Source: a phage
Reading direction: 5' to 3' (one strand)
DNA length: 64,000 bases
Sequence record: PX418213.1
Shown: one piece after another, positions 9,726-19,098 of the stretch
Numbering within the stretch: the stretch's first letter is position 1
Layout of the letters: each line of letters opens with the position of its first letter
Notes under the pieces: generated by a model
Told to the model about the DNA's origin: nothing
What the model saw: the letters and a program-made list of their open reading frames with translations, nothing else
The model's database searches: none
Translations under genes and position numbers: made by a program

Positions 9726-9774
9726 GTGCAAATCCGACCATAAATTTCTAGAAACACAATGTGCGAATCCGACA
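9726..9774. repeat. two further GTGC(A/G)AATCCGAC copies
   Basis: gtgcaaatccgacc at 9726 and gtgcgaatccgaca at 9761. Confidence 0.65.
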
Positions 9775-10284
9775 GTAATTTCTGGAAATGTGTTTTCAAA
9801 AAATGTCCCCTAGAAATAACCGCCCTCCTCATAACCGCCCTGTATTAAACCGCCTAGTATATGTTCCTAGAAACTTAGGAGAACCGCCCACTAGAAGTGT
9901 AGTATCTCGTGAGTATTTCGTGAGAACTCTGGAGTTTCTAGGAAAGTGTTGTGCCACCCTAGCAGATGAGCGGCAACAGGTGTATCATCTTGAATGTAAA
10001 TTATGTGGTCAAAAGTTTTACTTTTATTTTAAATATAAGATCCCCCAGGGTTCTCATATAGAGCTTTGCCCCCGCCAGAAGGTCTCGTGGTGTTTCTAGC
10101 AATTTATATTAAATTACTTATTAACTTGTCCTGTCGCTCCGTATCCTCCGCTACAAGTTAGTAATTTTAAATTACTGAACCACCACACCTTCTGTGTGGC
10201 AACTCTAAATGGTTAATTCTATTAACTCATAGAGTTATGATAACATACATTTAGCTATCTGTCAACGAGAGTTTGTATTTGAGT

Positions 10285-10309
10285 CTCGGTACAGATATTG
10301 TGCACCGAG
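10285..10309. other. stem-loop at boundary of repeat region and early genes
   Basis: CTCGGT (10285-10290) pairs with ACCGAG (10304-10309), 13-nt loop. Confidence 0.4.
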
Positions 10310-10321
10310 ACATGCAGGATC

Positions 10322-11206
10322 TTACAGTAACTCTTGGTATGCTTTTTGATACGCCTCAGTGTCAGTAGGTGTATCTTTTGCTAGTGCAATTAGTTCATCT
10401 GTTATCTGAATATTCGTATTATAACGTGAGTGGAACTCGTTAGGAATTTCTAGGTATCTATTGATGAATGCTGCAGCAAGCGGTGTGACTAAACCAATCT
10501 CTAGAGATAGCTTAACTTGTTTTTCGTAGATTAAATATTGAGAATCAGATGGGGTTGGTGGGGTTACATCAGTTTTCTCCGGTTCTTTTTCTGGAAGCAA
10601 GGGATTATTATATAATGCTTCATCTGGAAGCACAGATTTACGCTCTTTAAATATATAAGTTTCTAGATCCGATGCTTTAGATCCTGAGTATACCGCAAAG
10701 ACGCTAGCTTTACCCTGGGATGCCCTAACTGGTAAATAACTAGTAGGATAGCTTCTTAATGCATCATGGAATGGACTTCCTGAGTACTTGTACGTATCCC
10801 CATAGAGATCATCAATATTCATTCGTTCATCTTCAAAAATGTGAAAAGAGCTAAATGATGGGATAGTAAAGTATTCCATCTGTAATCCATAAACTAAGAA
10901 ACGATGTGCATATGCGCTAATCTTTAAGACTGTGAATGCTTTTTCACCTTCTTTATGGGCGTTGCCTTTTGAAGTAACTTGATAACGTTTACAAAACATC
11001 TCTACTAGACGTTTCTCATTAATACTAAGGGTGGAGTATAGTCGTCCACTTAATCCTATAAGTGCATCGAACATAAATGCTAGTTTATCTTTTTCTTCCT
11101 GAGATAGTTCTGGAAACGGTAATACTTTCGCATTAGGAACATTATTGTTCTCTTTAGGTTTTGTTTTACCAGCATTTTGTCTTAGTTTATCTTTAAAGTT
11201 ATACAT
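10322..11206 (-). CDS. hypothetical protein
   Basis: 294-aa ORF. Confidence 0.6.
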   Translation of the reverse strand: MYNFKDKLRQNAGKTKPKENNNVPNAKVLPFPELSQEEKDKLAFMFDALIGLSGRLYSTLSINEKRLVEMFCKRYQVTSKGNAHKEGEKAFTVLKISAYAHRFLVYGLQMEYFTIPSFSSFHIFEDERMNIDDLYGDTYKYSGSPFHDALRSYPTSYLPVRASQGKASVFAVYSGSKASDLETYIFKERKSVLPDEALYNNPLLPEKEPEKTDVTPPTPSDSQYLIYEKQVKLSLEIGLVTPLAAAFINRYLEIPNEFHSRYNTNIQITDELIALAKDTPTDTEAYQKAYQELL

Positions 11207-11285
11207 TATTATCTCCCATTTTTAAGGTCTGGATGACCTTCTTTTTATTTTAGAGCCTCCGTAGAGGCTCATGTATTAGGAATTA

Positions 11286-11888
11286 TTAATCCTTTTTACT
11301 CTCATTAATAGCAGCTCCCAACGCCTCCATAATAGCATCTTCTAAACTTCCATGTTGACTAGGATTATTAAAATGAATAGTACAAACAGAACTCCTAGAA
11401 ACTCCAGCATCCGCAGGTGCTACGCTTCGCATATCAGATTCAAAAGCTTCTTGAGTATGTTTCAACTGTACAGAAGGGCCGTAATCTTCCCCAAATTTAT
11501 ATGACTGCGTACTACTTACCACACCCCCACAAGGAACATTGTGCATATCCGATGATTTATTCAGCATTGCGATTGTCCCCGACTGCCACGGATCCCGAAT
11601 AGTTACTGGAGTACTAGGGCGGTTCACCTCAGCCTTCACAAGTTTGTACCCTGCATCGATTAATGCGTTAATTAGATTATCAGCTGGGATGCGAGCCTTA
11701 CCAAAAATCTTGCGAGCGTCTTCGAGCTTATCCTCAAGACCTTTACATGCTCTAAGGTCAGTGTGTGCAAAGGTTAGCTTCATAGATTTGAATTGTACAG
11801 TAGCAGTTAAATCTTTAAAGCTATAATCCCATGTATTCAGTTCATGATCTGGTACTACTTGAATAGATTGTTGCGCATTAAAAGTCAT
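11286..11888 (-). CDS. hypothetical protein
   Basis: 200-aa ORF. Confidence 0.6.
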   Translation of the reverse strand: MTFNAQQSIQVVPDHELNTWDYSFKDLTATVQFKSMKLTFAHTDLRACKGLEDKLEDARKIFGKARIPADNLINALIDAGYKLVKAEVNRPSTPVTIRDPWQSGTIAMLNKSSDMHNVPCGGVVSSTQSYKFGEDYGPSVQLKHTQEAFESDMRSVAPADAGVSRSSVCTIHFNNPSQHGSLEDAIMEALGAAINESKKD

Positions 11889-12073
11889 TATTTATTCTCC
11901 AGTTTGTCTAACAGTTTATGGGCTGCGATGTTATATTGTTTAAGTTCACGATTAAGGATTTGGTTCTCACACTTTAGCTCTAGATTCTTATTATTAAGAA
12001 TGTTGCAGATTAGTAGAAGTGCTAGTATTAGTAACAGAGAACCTATGAGCATTAAAAGAAAAAGAGTTTCCAT
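11888..12073 (-). CDS. small membrane / coiled-coil protein
   Basis: 61 aa; N-terminal hydrophobic LMLIGSLLLILALLLI then charged helix. Confidence 0.45.
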   Translation of the reverse strand: METLFLLMLIGSLLLILALLLICNILNNKNLELKCENQILNRELKQYNIAAHKLLDKLENK

Positions 12074-12513
12074 TATTTGATCTCCATTCTTAACTTTGAA
12101 AACTTATTATACCAAACTATATGATTATCGTCAATTACAAATTTATGATAACATGCTGGTACGGTATAAGTTCCATAATCCGTGACACGCTGCACAACCT
12201 TGTGTGCACACAGTCGACAACCATGCCCTTCTAAATGAGATCTAGCAGTTTGCCAATAATACCCTTCATGATCTGGACAATAGATCTCGACTTGCTGTTG
12301 CATTGTTTTGTAATTTACTCGCTCATACCCAAAGAAAGCTCCATGAACTGCAACAGCTTTCTTGATAAATATAAGGTTTAGTGCTTCTTGTTGAAAGTCG
12401 GGATGTAGCTGTTTAATCTTAGTTCTATTAATAGATCCATCCGATTTGATAAACCTGTTTATTGGAAAGTTGTTAGCTTCCTCGATTAGTAATTCATTTA
12501 CTTTTTCTCTCAT
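12073..12513 (-). CDS. hypothetical protein with Cys/His cluster
   Basis: ORF 12073..12615 trimmed to internal Met to avoid overlap; motif CPDHEGYYWQTARSHLEGHGCRLCAH. Confidence 0.45.
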   Translation of the reverse strand: MREKVNELLIEEANNFPINRFIKSDGSINRTKIKQLHPDFQQEALNLIFIKKAVAVHGAFFGYERVNYKTMQQQVEIYCPDHEGYYWQTARSHLEGHGCRLCAHKVVQRVTDYGTYTVPACYHKFVIDDNHIVWYNKFSKLRMEIK

Positions 12514-12514
12514 A

Positions 12515-12739
12515 TTAGATATTCTCACAGCTAAGGTAGAAACATTCGTAAGCATCACCAGTAAACTCTTTATCTTGTAGTATACACTTAGCCTGGTCTT
12601 CTGGTACTCCAGCATCTAATAATTGTTGTTTACTTGGCTTTTCAGCGAATACCTTTACAAAATATTCACCATCCTGATTATACTCATTTATATCTCTAGT
12701 AAGGACATATACTTGCATCTGAAGTTCCTTGAAACACAA
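12515..12739 (-). CDS. hypothetical protein
   Basis: 74-aa ORF. Confidence 0.5.
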   Translation of the reverse strand: MCFKELQMQVYVLTRDINEYNQDGEYFVKVFAEKPSKQQLLDAGVPEDQAKCILQDKEFTGDAYECFYLSCENI

Positions 12740-12772
12740 AAGGCCAGAACAATCAAGTCCTGGCCTCTAGAA

Positions 12773-13144
12773 TTAATGAAGTTGTTTACCACTTCTTAAA
12801 ATAGTGGCCGTTTCCATAAGACCTAGCGTAGCATCACGCTTATTGATCTGTTTACCAAGTTCATCAGTACGTTTACCGATATAAGCATTAATAGCCATAT
12901 TCATAGCTGTAGCGAGATCTTCTTTGGTTATCTCTTCATCATCTAAAGCTAATTTAGCCAAAGAATCGAAAGTACTAGAAAGCCCTATAAGATCAGAAGC
13001 TTCCCCAGCCAAAATAGGATTTATATTATCTATTGTTATTTCTAACATGGAGTTAACAATATTTTCTCCGTCTACTAGACCAGATTCAATATTACTCTCC
13101 CATTCCTTCATCTGCTCCAGCAATGGATTTTTCTTTTCTGTCAT
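12773..13144 (-). CDS. hypothetical protein
   Basis: ORF 12773..13210, start assigned to internal Met (MTEKK); true start ambiguous. Confidence 0.45.
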   Translation of the reverse strand: MTEKKNPLLEQMKEWESNIESGLVDGENIVNSMLEITIDNINPILAGEASDLIGLSSTFDSLAKLALDDEEITKEDLATAMNMAINAYIGKRTDELGKQINKRDATLGLMETATILRSGKQLH

Positions 13145-13553
13145 GGTAGAGGTTTCCTGTGTCAGTTGGTAAGAAGGACGATTGAGCTTTAGGTGGATGT
13201 TGTTTAGCAATCCAGTTAAGAATCAGTACACGACTAGGAACAATATCAGTGTTGTACCAAAAATCATGAACCCATTGACGAGCATCCTCAAACTTACCAA
13301 ATTTATATGCTTTCTTAAATAATTCAAACCCAAAACAATCTGGTGTGAAGTCTACTTCACGATACTGAACTACTTTGGAACCGGTTAGGTCTTGGATCGC
13401 TGCATTAATTTCTGTATGCGAGAATTTTGTTTCGTGAAACTTGTTAAAGAATCGGTAGTTGAAGCGTCCGTTCGTTTCGACAAACAACTGGATGAAGAGA
13501 TCGTTAAATTGGTTATCAAACCAGTAATTCTGTAGTTGTTGTAGTGCTGTCAT
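13092..13553 (-). CDS. hypothetical protein
   Basis: 153-aa ORF. Confidence 0.5.
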   Translation of the reverse strand: MTALQQLQNYWFDNQFNDLFIQLFVETNGRFNYRFFNKFHETKFSHTEINAAIQDLTGSKVVQYREVDFTPDCFGFELFKKAYKFGKFEDARQWVHDFWYNTDIVPSRVLILNWIAKQHPPKAQSSFLPTDTGNLYHDRKEKSIAGADEGMGE

Positions 13554-13750
13554 TTACGAACTCCGTTAATTGCCACGATGATGCCTTCGTACATAAAAGG
13601 AAGTAGTCCAGAAGTGTAGAAGATATTTTCTGTTATTCCTAGATGTCGAAAAAGTATATTAAATAATGCTGTTAGAAATACAATCTGAGGCAGTAATACA
13701 AAATACTCAGTTACAATCTTTGGTGCCTGATAAACAAGACGTTTTATCAT
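13550..13750 (-). CDS. small membrane protein
   Basis: 66 aa, hydrophobic. Confidence 0.45.
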   Translation of the reverse strand: MIKRLVYQAPKIVTEYFVLLPQIVFLTALFNILFRHLGITENIFYTSGLLPFMYEGIIVAINGVRK

Positions 13751-13849
13751 TGTTTTTAAGTCTCCTTATTACTTTGGCCTGCTCCACAATAATAAAAACT
13801 GCAAGCACTAATAGTGCTATTAGCCCAGCAGTAATTGGTACTAAATCAA

Positions 13850-14182
13850 TCATGGGAGACGCCATACGTAATTAGCTGTCTGTAGGATCTTAGGAGTATC
13901 GCCTTGATGCATTACTACAGACTCTGGTGAATAACTGTTAGCTAGTTCTTTACGAATCATCTTACATTCTTTACCAGTATCAATATTTTTAACAATCACT
14001 TTCATATTAAGTGGTGTTAATACAGAAAGTGGTTTCCAGGAATCTTCAATTTCAACTGCTACCTTTTTCTCAATTACTGTGAGAACTTCTAGTGTATCGT
14101 CTGGCATAGTGATATAGTCATTAGTATTCACAAACTGTAATAGATCAAGTAAGGTATTTAATTCATTAAAATTAAGCTTCAT
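13850..14182 (-). CDS. hypothetical protein
   Basis: 110-aa ORF. Confidence 0.5.
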   Translation of the reverse strand: MKLNFNELNTLLDLLQFVNTNDYITMPDDTLEVLTVIEKKVAVEIEDSWKPLSVLTPLNMKVIVKNIDTGKECKMIRKELANSYSPESVVMHQGDTPKILQTANYVWRLP

Positions 14183-14417
14183 CTTTAAGAATATCCTCTA
14201 CCATATCACAAGACTGCTGCAATTCATCAGCAATACGCTTAATATCGGTTTTTGTTACTTTACCAGCTAACATCACTAGTAGCATAGAAAAGATAATAAG
14301 TGGAACTGGAATAACAAATAAAGCTACCTTAACAACATTCTTTGGTGCCCATGTGTGGTATTTAGTAATCAGTACACCAACCACAATTAGATAAAACGCT
14401 AGAATAAACATCATCAT
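14172..14417 (-). CDS. small membrane protein
   Basis: 81 aa, two hydrophobic segments. Confidence 0.5.
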   Translation of the reverse strand: MMMFILAFYLIVVGVLITKYHTWAPKNVVKVALFVIPVPLIIFSMLLVMLAGKVTKTDIKRIADELQQSCDMVEDILKDEA

Positions 14418-14695
14418 CTTTTAATCTCCGTAATTATCTGTGCACGCATTACTTTATTAGGTAATTTTGTATTCCCAGCTATTGCTTCAATATTGTTTAA
14501 TTTTTCTTTTAGAATATCCGAGCGTCTCTGTGCTAGTTCAATATCTTGTTCTTGTTCTACTAGGCGGCAGTGAAGTCCGCTATTAGTAGTAAGCATACTC
14601 TCTATATTTTTTCGCATGCTTACAATACCAATAATCCCACCTATAGCTACTAGTGTCATAAGCACTAGCAATCCAATGAGAATTTCAGTTAACAT
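14414..14695 (-). CDS. membrane-anchored coiled-coil protein
   Basis: 93 aa; N-terminal TM (ILIGLLVLMTLVAIGGIIGIV) then charged helix. Confidence 0.5.
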   Translation of the reverse strand: MLTEILIGLLVLMTLVAIGGIIGIVSMRKNIESMLTTNSGLHCRLVEQEQDIELAQRRSDILKEKLNNIEAIAGNTKLPNKVMRAQIITEIKR

Positions 14696-14717
14696 TAATT
14701 ATATACTCCCTTAGTCC

Positions 14718-15014
14718 TTATTTCTTACCTTTCAGTTGCTTAACTTCACGCTCAAAGCTAGCTGCTCGGCGTTCTGCCACTGCTTGATGCTCCTTAGCAA
14801 AGCGTGCCTCTTGTTTTGCTAAGTTAAAGGCCATAGCGTTCTTGTTAAGAGAATCATACATCTTCTTCATCGCCGGAATAGACATCTTCATGAGCTGACC
14901 CTCAAAACCCTGCATGTCGAGGAGAATTGCTAATACATTGGCCATTTCAGTCTTGGTAAGGTTAGAGGCGTCGAAGTCTTTAGTCATGTTTTTCATTAGA
15001 ATTTCCTCTCTCAT
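14718..15014 (-). CDS. hypothetical protein
   Basis: 98-aa ORF directly downstream of promoter 15029-15057. Confidence 0.55.
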   Translation of the reverse strand: MREEILMKNMTKDFDASNLTKTEMANVLAILLDMQGFEGQLMKMSIPAMKKMYDSLNKNAMAFNLAKQEARFAKEHQAVAERRAASFEREVKQLKGKK

Positions 15015-15028
15015 TAATTTATGAACTT

Positions 15029-15057
15029 ATTATACAGAATTTTAAGGCTTAAAGCAA
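15029..15057 (-). promoter_or_regulatory. T5-type strong sigma70 promoter
   Basis: minus-strand TTGCTT, 17 bp, TATAAT in A/T-rich context. Confidence 0.6.
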
Positions 15058-15074
15058 CTGAATTTTTTAATTAC

Positions 15075-15503
15075 TTACCAATCGTTAACAACGCCGGAGA
15101 ACTCAGAAGCAAAAACTTTTTCAAATTTCTCTGCAATTTCAGGATGATCTTTGCAGATCAGCTCAATACAGGCTTCTGGAGTCATTCCTTCATCTTCAGG
15201 ATCACCGTAGTATTTATTCCAAAGATCATTAGGAATGATGCGTTCAGCTAGGTCTTGGAAATAAACTGCCTGATAACGTGGAGCCTCTTCAGTAAAAAGT
15301 TCTTCGATCTCTTCGTCTGCCTCACCCCTGTAATATGCCATTAATAGGGCATCAGTTGCGTAACATTCCCAAACCATCAAACGTTCAGAGATAGGATTAG
15401 ACTTATCTTGAACGTAAGACTGGAACAAGGTTCGGAAAGTTGCCTTAACTTGTTCAAACTTATCTGCTGCTGCGAAAACTAGAGCTTTGTCAACTTTGTT
15501 CAT
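15075..15503 (-). CDS. hypothetical protein
   Basis: 142-aa ORF downstream of promoter 15534-15562. Confidence 0.55.
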   Translation of the reverse strand: MNKVDKALVFAAADKFEQVKATFRTLFQSYVQDKSNPISERLMVWECYATDALLMAYYRGEADEEIEELFTEEAPRYQAVYFQDLAERIIPNDLWNKYYGDPEDEGMTPEACIELICKDHPEIAEKFEKVFASEFSGVVNDW

Positions 15504-15533
15504 TTTGATTCCTTCTCATCAATTTATAAAGTA

Positions 15534-15562
15534 ATTATACAGAAACTTAAGCATTTTAGCAA
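15534..15562 (-). promoter_or_regulatory. T5-type strong sigma70 promoter
   Basis: TTGCTA, 17 bp, TATAAT. Confidence 0.6.
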
Positions 15563-15670
15563 ATAAAACTTTTAATTAAAATGCCTAATCCCGTGCCAAT
15601 AGCAATACAAATGAGTATAAGTATTGCTATCGCTTGTATGATTCGTTTAATAATAGCCTCAGCTATATAC

Positions 15671-16192
15671 TTAGACATTTAACATCCAGCTAGTTTTATC
15701 ATGCGAAGTGTACTTACCACTCATGATGTCTTCCAGGCGTACTGGTGATTTTGCATACTCGACACAAACGTTAATATAACGAGGATCCCCCATTAGCTCA
15801 AAGTGAGTATGCCCATGTAAGTTCTTCTTACCTCTCAGCTCCCCATGGTGTATTGGGGCATGGGAAAGCCAGAAGTTTTTATACTTAACTAGTGATTGTA
15901 CGTTATCTACAACCCCTATTAAGTCTTTGAAAGATAATCCTTCTCGTTCTAAGTCGTGGTTTCCCAAAACTAACGTAGTTCTAACATTGCCAAAGAGTTT
16001 TTCGAACTTCTCCAAACCATTTCTAGATACAAATGCGTCTCCTAAAATATAGAATAATGTACGCTTATTCTTCACGGATGTAATAGTATCCATAATAAAT
16101 TCGTCATGCTCTTCCATAGTAGAGAAGATTGGTCTGAATTTAGTAATATTTGCATGTCCCAAGTGGAGATCACTCCAAAAGCTAACTTTCAT
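15671..16192 (-). CDS. calcineurin-like metallophosphoesterase
   Basis: motifs DLHLGH, GDAFVSRN, GNHDLE, HGHTHF. Confidence 0.65.
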   Translation of the reverse strand: MKVSFWSDLHLGHANITKFRPIFSTMEEHDEFIMDTITSVKNKRTLFYILGDAFVSRNGLEKFEKLFGNVRTTLVLGNHDLEREGLSFKDLIGVVDNVQSLVKYKNFWLSHAPIHHGELRGKKNLHGHTHFELMGDPRYINVCVEYAKSPVRLEDIMSGKYTSHDKTSWMLNV

Positions 16193-17067
16193 TAAAGAAT
16201 CCTCTGTACACCGCAGCTATTATTTTTATCAGTGGTAAATGTGGTGATTTTGCCAGTTTCATCGTTAACTTGCGCAACCGTCAACTGCCCGTTGAAAACA
16301 CCGCCAGTATCCAGATAAACACGGTTCTGATATAAAACCGGGTAGGGTACTCCAGTATGCCCATGAAATACAAAGTCTACTCCATTAACTGGGGGTACTT
16401 CTACCATGTATTTTTCTTTAAATCCTGCATAACGCTGGAAATATGGGTGTTCCTCACCATTTTTGGATAAGTAGAAGCCTATTTCTTGGATTACATCTCG
16501 ATCCCATAAATATGGTTCAACATGATATTCAGGATGGTCATGGGGGTCTTCCTTAGCTGCTTCTACTTGCGCAATAAGATTATCCCATACTGGGGTTTCT
16601 ACTTCATTACCACATTCTTTGTACGTAAAAGGTACACCACCATGAACAACACCAAATTTCTTACCACGATGTCTAACAGTTAGGAATACTGGCATTTTTT
16701 CAGCCATATCTTCGGCAATACTTTTAATGGTGTCTGCATCCAATTCATTCATGGCCCACATACCACCATTATACATCCAATTAGCCCAATCTCCTGCAAT
16801 CATAAATTGGTCATGATTACCACGGACACTGATAAAACGTGGATTATACAGGAATTTGGCTAAAACTTGTAGATTTTGCGTGCCTCGATCAATTAAGTCA
16901 CCAACACATACTACGCAATCTTTTTTGCTATTATACCCAGCCAATTTCAACGCATCTTCTAGCAAATCATTGCATCCATGAATATCACCGACGAAAAACA
17001 AGTTGGCGTCATCCGGCACTACTAGAGTTTTATGTACATTGAATTCTTTTTTCATAATTATTCCCAA
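16192..17067 (-). CDS. serine/threonine protein phosphatase (PPP family)
   Basis: motifs GDIHGC, GDLIDRG, GNHD. Confidence 0.75.
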   Translation of the reverse strand: MGIIMKKEFNVHKTLVVPDDANLFFVGDIHGCNDLLEDALKLAGYNSKKDCVVCVGDLIDRGTQNLQVLAKFLYNPRFISVRGNHDQFMIAGDWANWMYNGGMWAMNELDADTIKSIAEDMAEKMPVFLTVRHRGKKFGVVHGGVPFTYKECGNEVETPVWDNLIAQVEAAKEDPHDHPEYHVEPYLWDRDVIQEIGFYLSKNGEEHPYFQRYAGFKEKYMVEVPPVNGVDFVFHGHTGVPYPVLYQNRVYLDTGGVFNGQLTVAQVNDETGKITTFTTDKNNSCGVQRIL

Positions 17068-17303
17068 ATAACGGTTAAAATAGTTGTGCCATAATCATTA
17101 GATAGTTGGAGAGTATAACCCTCTTTATAGAGGGCTTTTATAGCTTCATAACTAATTTCATCACGATTAAACTGCACAAAAGAACCCCCAATCCCCACAG
17201 AAGAAACTATTCTCTTTTTAACATACTTATATGGTTTCTTCCTGCTATTAAGGAGTGCAGCTCTATTTATCCTGGCTAAACGTTTTGCTTGTTCCGCTAA
17301 CAT
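17058..17303 (-). CDS. hypothetical protein
   Basis: 81-aa ORF. Confidence 0.45.
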   Translation of the reverse strand: MLAEQAKRLARINRAALLNSRKKPYKYVKKRIVSSVGIGGSFVQFNRDEISYEAIKALYKEGYTLQLSNDYGTTILTVIWE

Positions 17304-17330
17304 TTAATCCTCCAATCAATTTATATAACT

Positions 17331-17359
17331 ATTATACCAAAATTTTTAGCAAAAAGCAA
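17331..17359 (-). promoter_or_regulatory. T5-type strong sigma70 promoter
   Basis: TTGCTT, 17 bp, TATAAT. Confidence 0.55.
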
Positions 17360-17360
17360 G

Positions 17361-17392
17361 TAAAATAAAAGCCTGATCAGCTAAGATCAGGC
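17361..17392 (-). terminator. rho-independent terminator
   Basis: GCCTGATC...GATCAGGC hairpin with U-run on minus strand, after thioredoxin-like gene. Confidence 0.6.
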
Positions 17393-17400
17393 TTTGTTTA

Positions 17401-17691
17401 TTAGTCCTCCGGATTATCATCCAGGAAATTTTTAATAGCTTCGTGCATAGTTTCTTTACGAAGCTGACGTCCAATCAGAATATGATTAGCTTCTACTCGA
17501 CCATTAGGTAAGCGATCCGCCAGAACTACTACGGGAACTTGGCGCACACCAAATTTCTGCATTAATTCTGTATTATCAGTCTCTTTATGGATTTCCAAAT
17601 TATAGTCACTGACTACTTTATCAAATACTGGCTCGAAAAGTTTGCAAGGGTTGCAAGTGGAACCTTTTAATAGATATACTAATTTACTCAT
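17401..17691 (-). CDS. thioredoxin/glutaredoxin-like protein
   Basis: 96 aa; CxxC motif (CNPC) near N-terminus; terminator downstream. Confidence 0.6.
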   Translation of the reverse strand: MSKLVYLLKGSTCNPCKLFEPVFDKVVSDYNLEIHKETDNTELMQKFGVRQVPVVVLADRLPNGRVEANHILIGRQLRKETMHEAIKNFLDDNPED

Positions 17692-18115
17692 AGTTATTAA
17701 TGGCCTCTAAGAAGTTTCTCATGGTTTTTACGGTTGCGGTGCTTAGATCAAGATTTACACCCAAACACTCGGTTAATGCTTCCTGATAAGGAGCCTTCAA
17801 TCTGCCTTCTGGGACTTCTACCTTTTTATACTCTTTATTTTTGACCTTTTTAATCATAGTCTCTAGTACAAGAAGCGGTAATTTAGCACCTTCAATATCA
17901 GTACCCAAAAGTTCAGTTAAAATTTTATTAAGATCAAGACGAGTTAACTTTTTGCCCTTAGACATAGATGCACCTACCTTTGTATCAATAGATTTTTCCG
18001 CTTTCTTTTCGAGCTTTTTGTACTCAGGAGAGTCATGATCACGGAGTGCAATGTTTAGCTCGTAATGTGGTATACGAAAATGTTCCGCCATTTGAGTATA
18101 GAAACGATCAGACAT
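17684..18115 (-). CDS. hypothetical protein
   Basis: 143-aa ORF. Confidence 0.5.
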   Translation of the reverse strand: MSDRFYTQMAEHFRIPHYELNIALRDHDSPEYKKLEKKAEKSIDTKVGASMSKGKKLTRLDLNKILTELLGTDIEGAKLPLLVLETMIKKVKNKEYKKVEVPEGRLKAPYQEALTECLGVNLDLSTATVKTMRNFLEAINNYE

Positions 18116-18190
18116 AATATATACCTCTCTTAACTAATTTATGTATATATTATATAATAACTAGGGCTAAAAGTCAAATACTTTTTTATC

Positions 18191-18607
18191 TTAATCCACT
18201 GCATGTATAAATCTTTTCCTAACTAGATACATAGTTATTGGGTAAATTGAGTACATAAGTATCGGGGAGAAAAGGGTGAAATACGCTGTAACTCCCCCAG
18301 CTAACATCAAAGGTATTAATGCTAGAGTAAGGGCCATAAGAATCATGCCGAATGAAACAGCCAAAGCTATGGATATAGGATTCTCTAGTTCCATCCATAA
18401 CCAACAATATTTCGTATCTCTATGGCAATTGCATTTACAAACGCCGAATGAACCCATAATTATATACTCTAGTCCGTGAATAACCTTTATTAATAAGCTA
18501 TTTCGGGTAGTTAATGCAAGGATAGTAAAGACTATCATTAAAACGAATACTACTAGACTTATTTTCCAGATACCTAGCAGCATCATAGTGAATAGTTCTG
18601 CAAACAT
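18191..18607 (-). CDS. polytopic membrane protein
   Basis: 138 aa, about 4 hydrophobic helices. Confidence 0.5.
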   Translation of the reverse strand: MFAELFTMMLLGIWKISLVVFVLMIVFTILALTTRNSLLIKVIHGLEYIIMGSFGVCKCNCHRDTKYCWLWMELENPISIALAVSFGMILMALTLALIPLMLAGGVTAYFTLFSPILMYSIYPITMYLVRKRFIHAVD

Positions 18608-18684
18608 GGCTTTCTCCTATCTTCAAAAATTATTAAAGCCCCCTTTGCCTAAAAAGGCGGGAATATTCCCGCCTAAGTTATTAA

Positions 18685-19098
18685 TTAAACTAGTTCGACA
18701 TGACCGCCATCATAGGTACCACGTTTTATTTCATCGTGATAATCTCCCGAAGCATTCCAATCAGCACCAAAACGAAGTTTAATGCCTAGTTCTTTACCAG
18801 CTTGTTCAAAAGCCTTTTTAACTGCCCAAAATGCTTCTAAATCATTCCAATCAATTTTGCCATTAATGTATGGAGCAAAATCAAGGGCATCCCCAGTAAT
18901 ATGCTTGCTTTTACTAGGATCTTTTAAAAATGAAGTACCATTAGCAATATTCTGGGCACTTTGTGCTACTGTACGAATACCCTGTACGATCGTGAAATCA
19001 TATGGAGATAATTCTAAAGCTCTACGAGCTACTTTTTGTAGCTCTGGCTTAACGGTAGCTAATTGTTTTTCGCTATTTTTACCAAATTTAAAACTCAT
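18685..19098 (-). CDS. lys: endolysin, L-alanyl-D-glutamate peptidase type (T5 Lys-like)
   Basis: 137-aa ORF matching T5 endolysin in size and sequence character; immediately downstream of holin-like gene. Confidence 0.7.
   Translation of the reverse strand: MSFKFGKNSEKQLATVKPELQKVARRALELSPYDFTIVQGIRTVAQSAQNIANGTSFLKDPSKSKHITGDALDFAPYINGKIDWNDLEAFWAVKKAFEQAGKELGIKLRFGADWNASGDYHDEIKRGTYDGGHVELV

Noticed and set aside
9788-10099. Plus-strand ORF of 103 aa
   Set aside because: Sits in the repeat region among TTCTAGAAA motifs with no convincing RBS or promoter; kept as doubtful, not annotated
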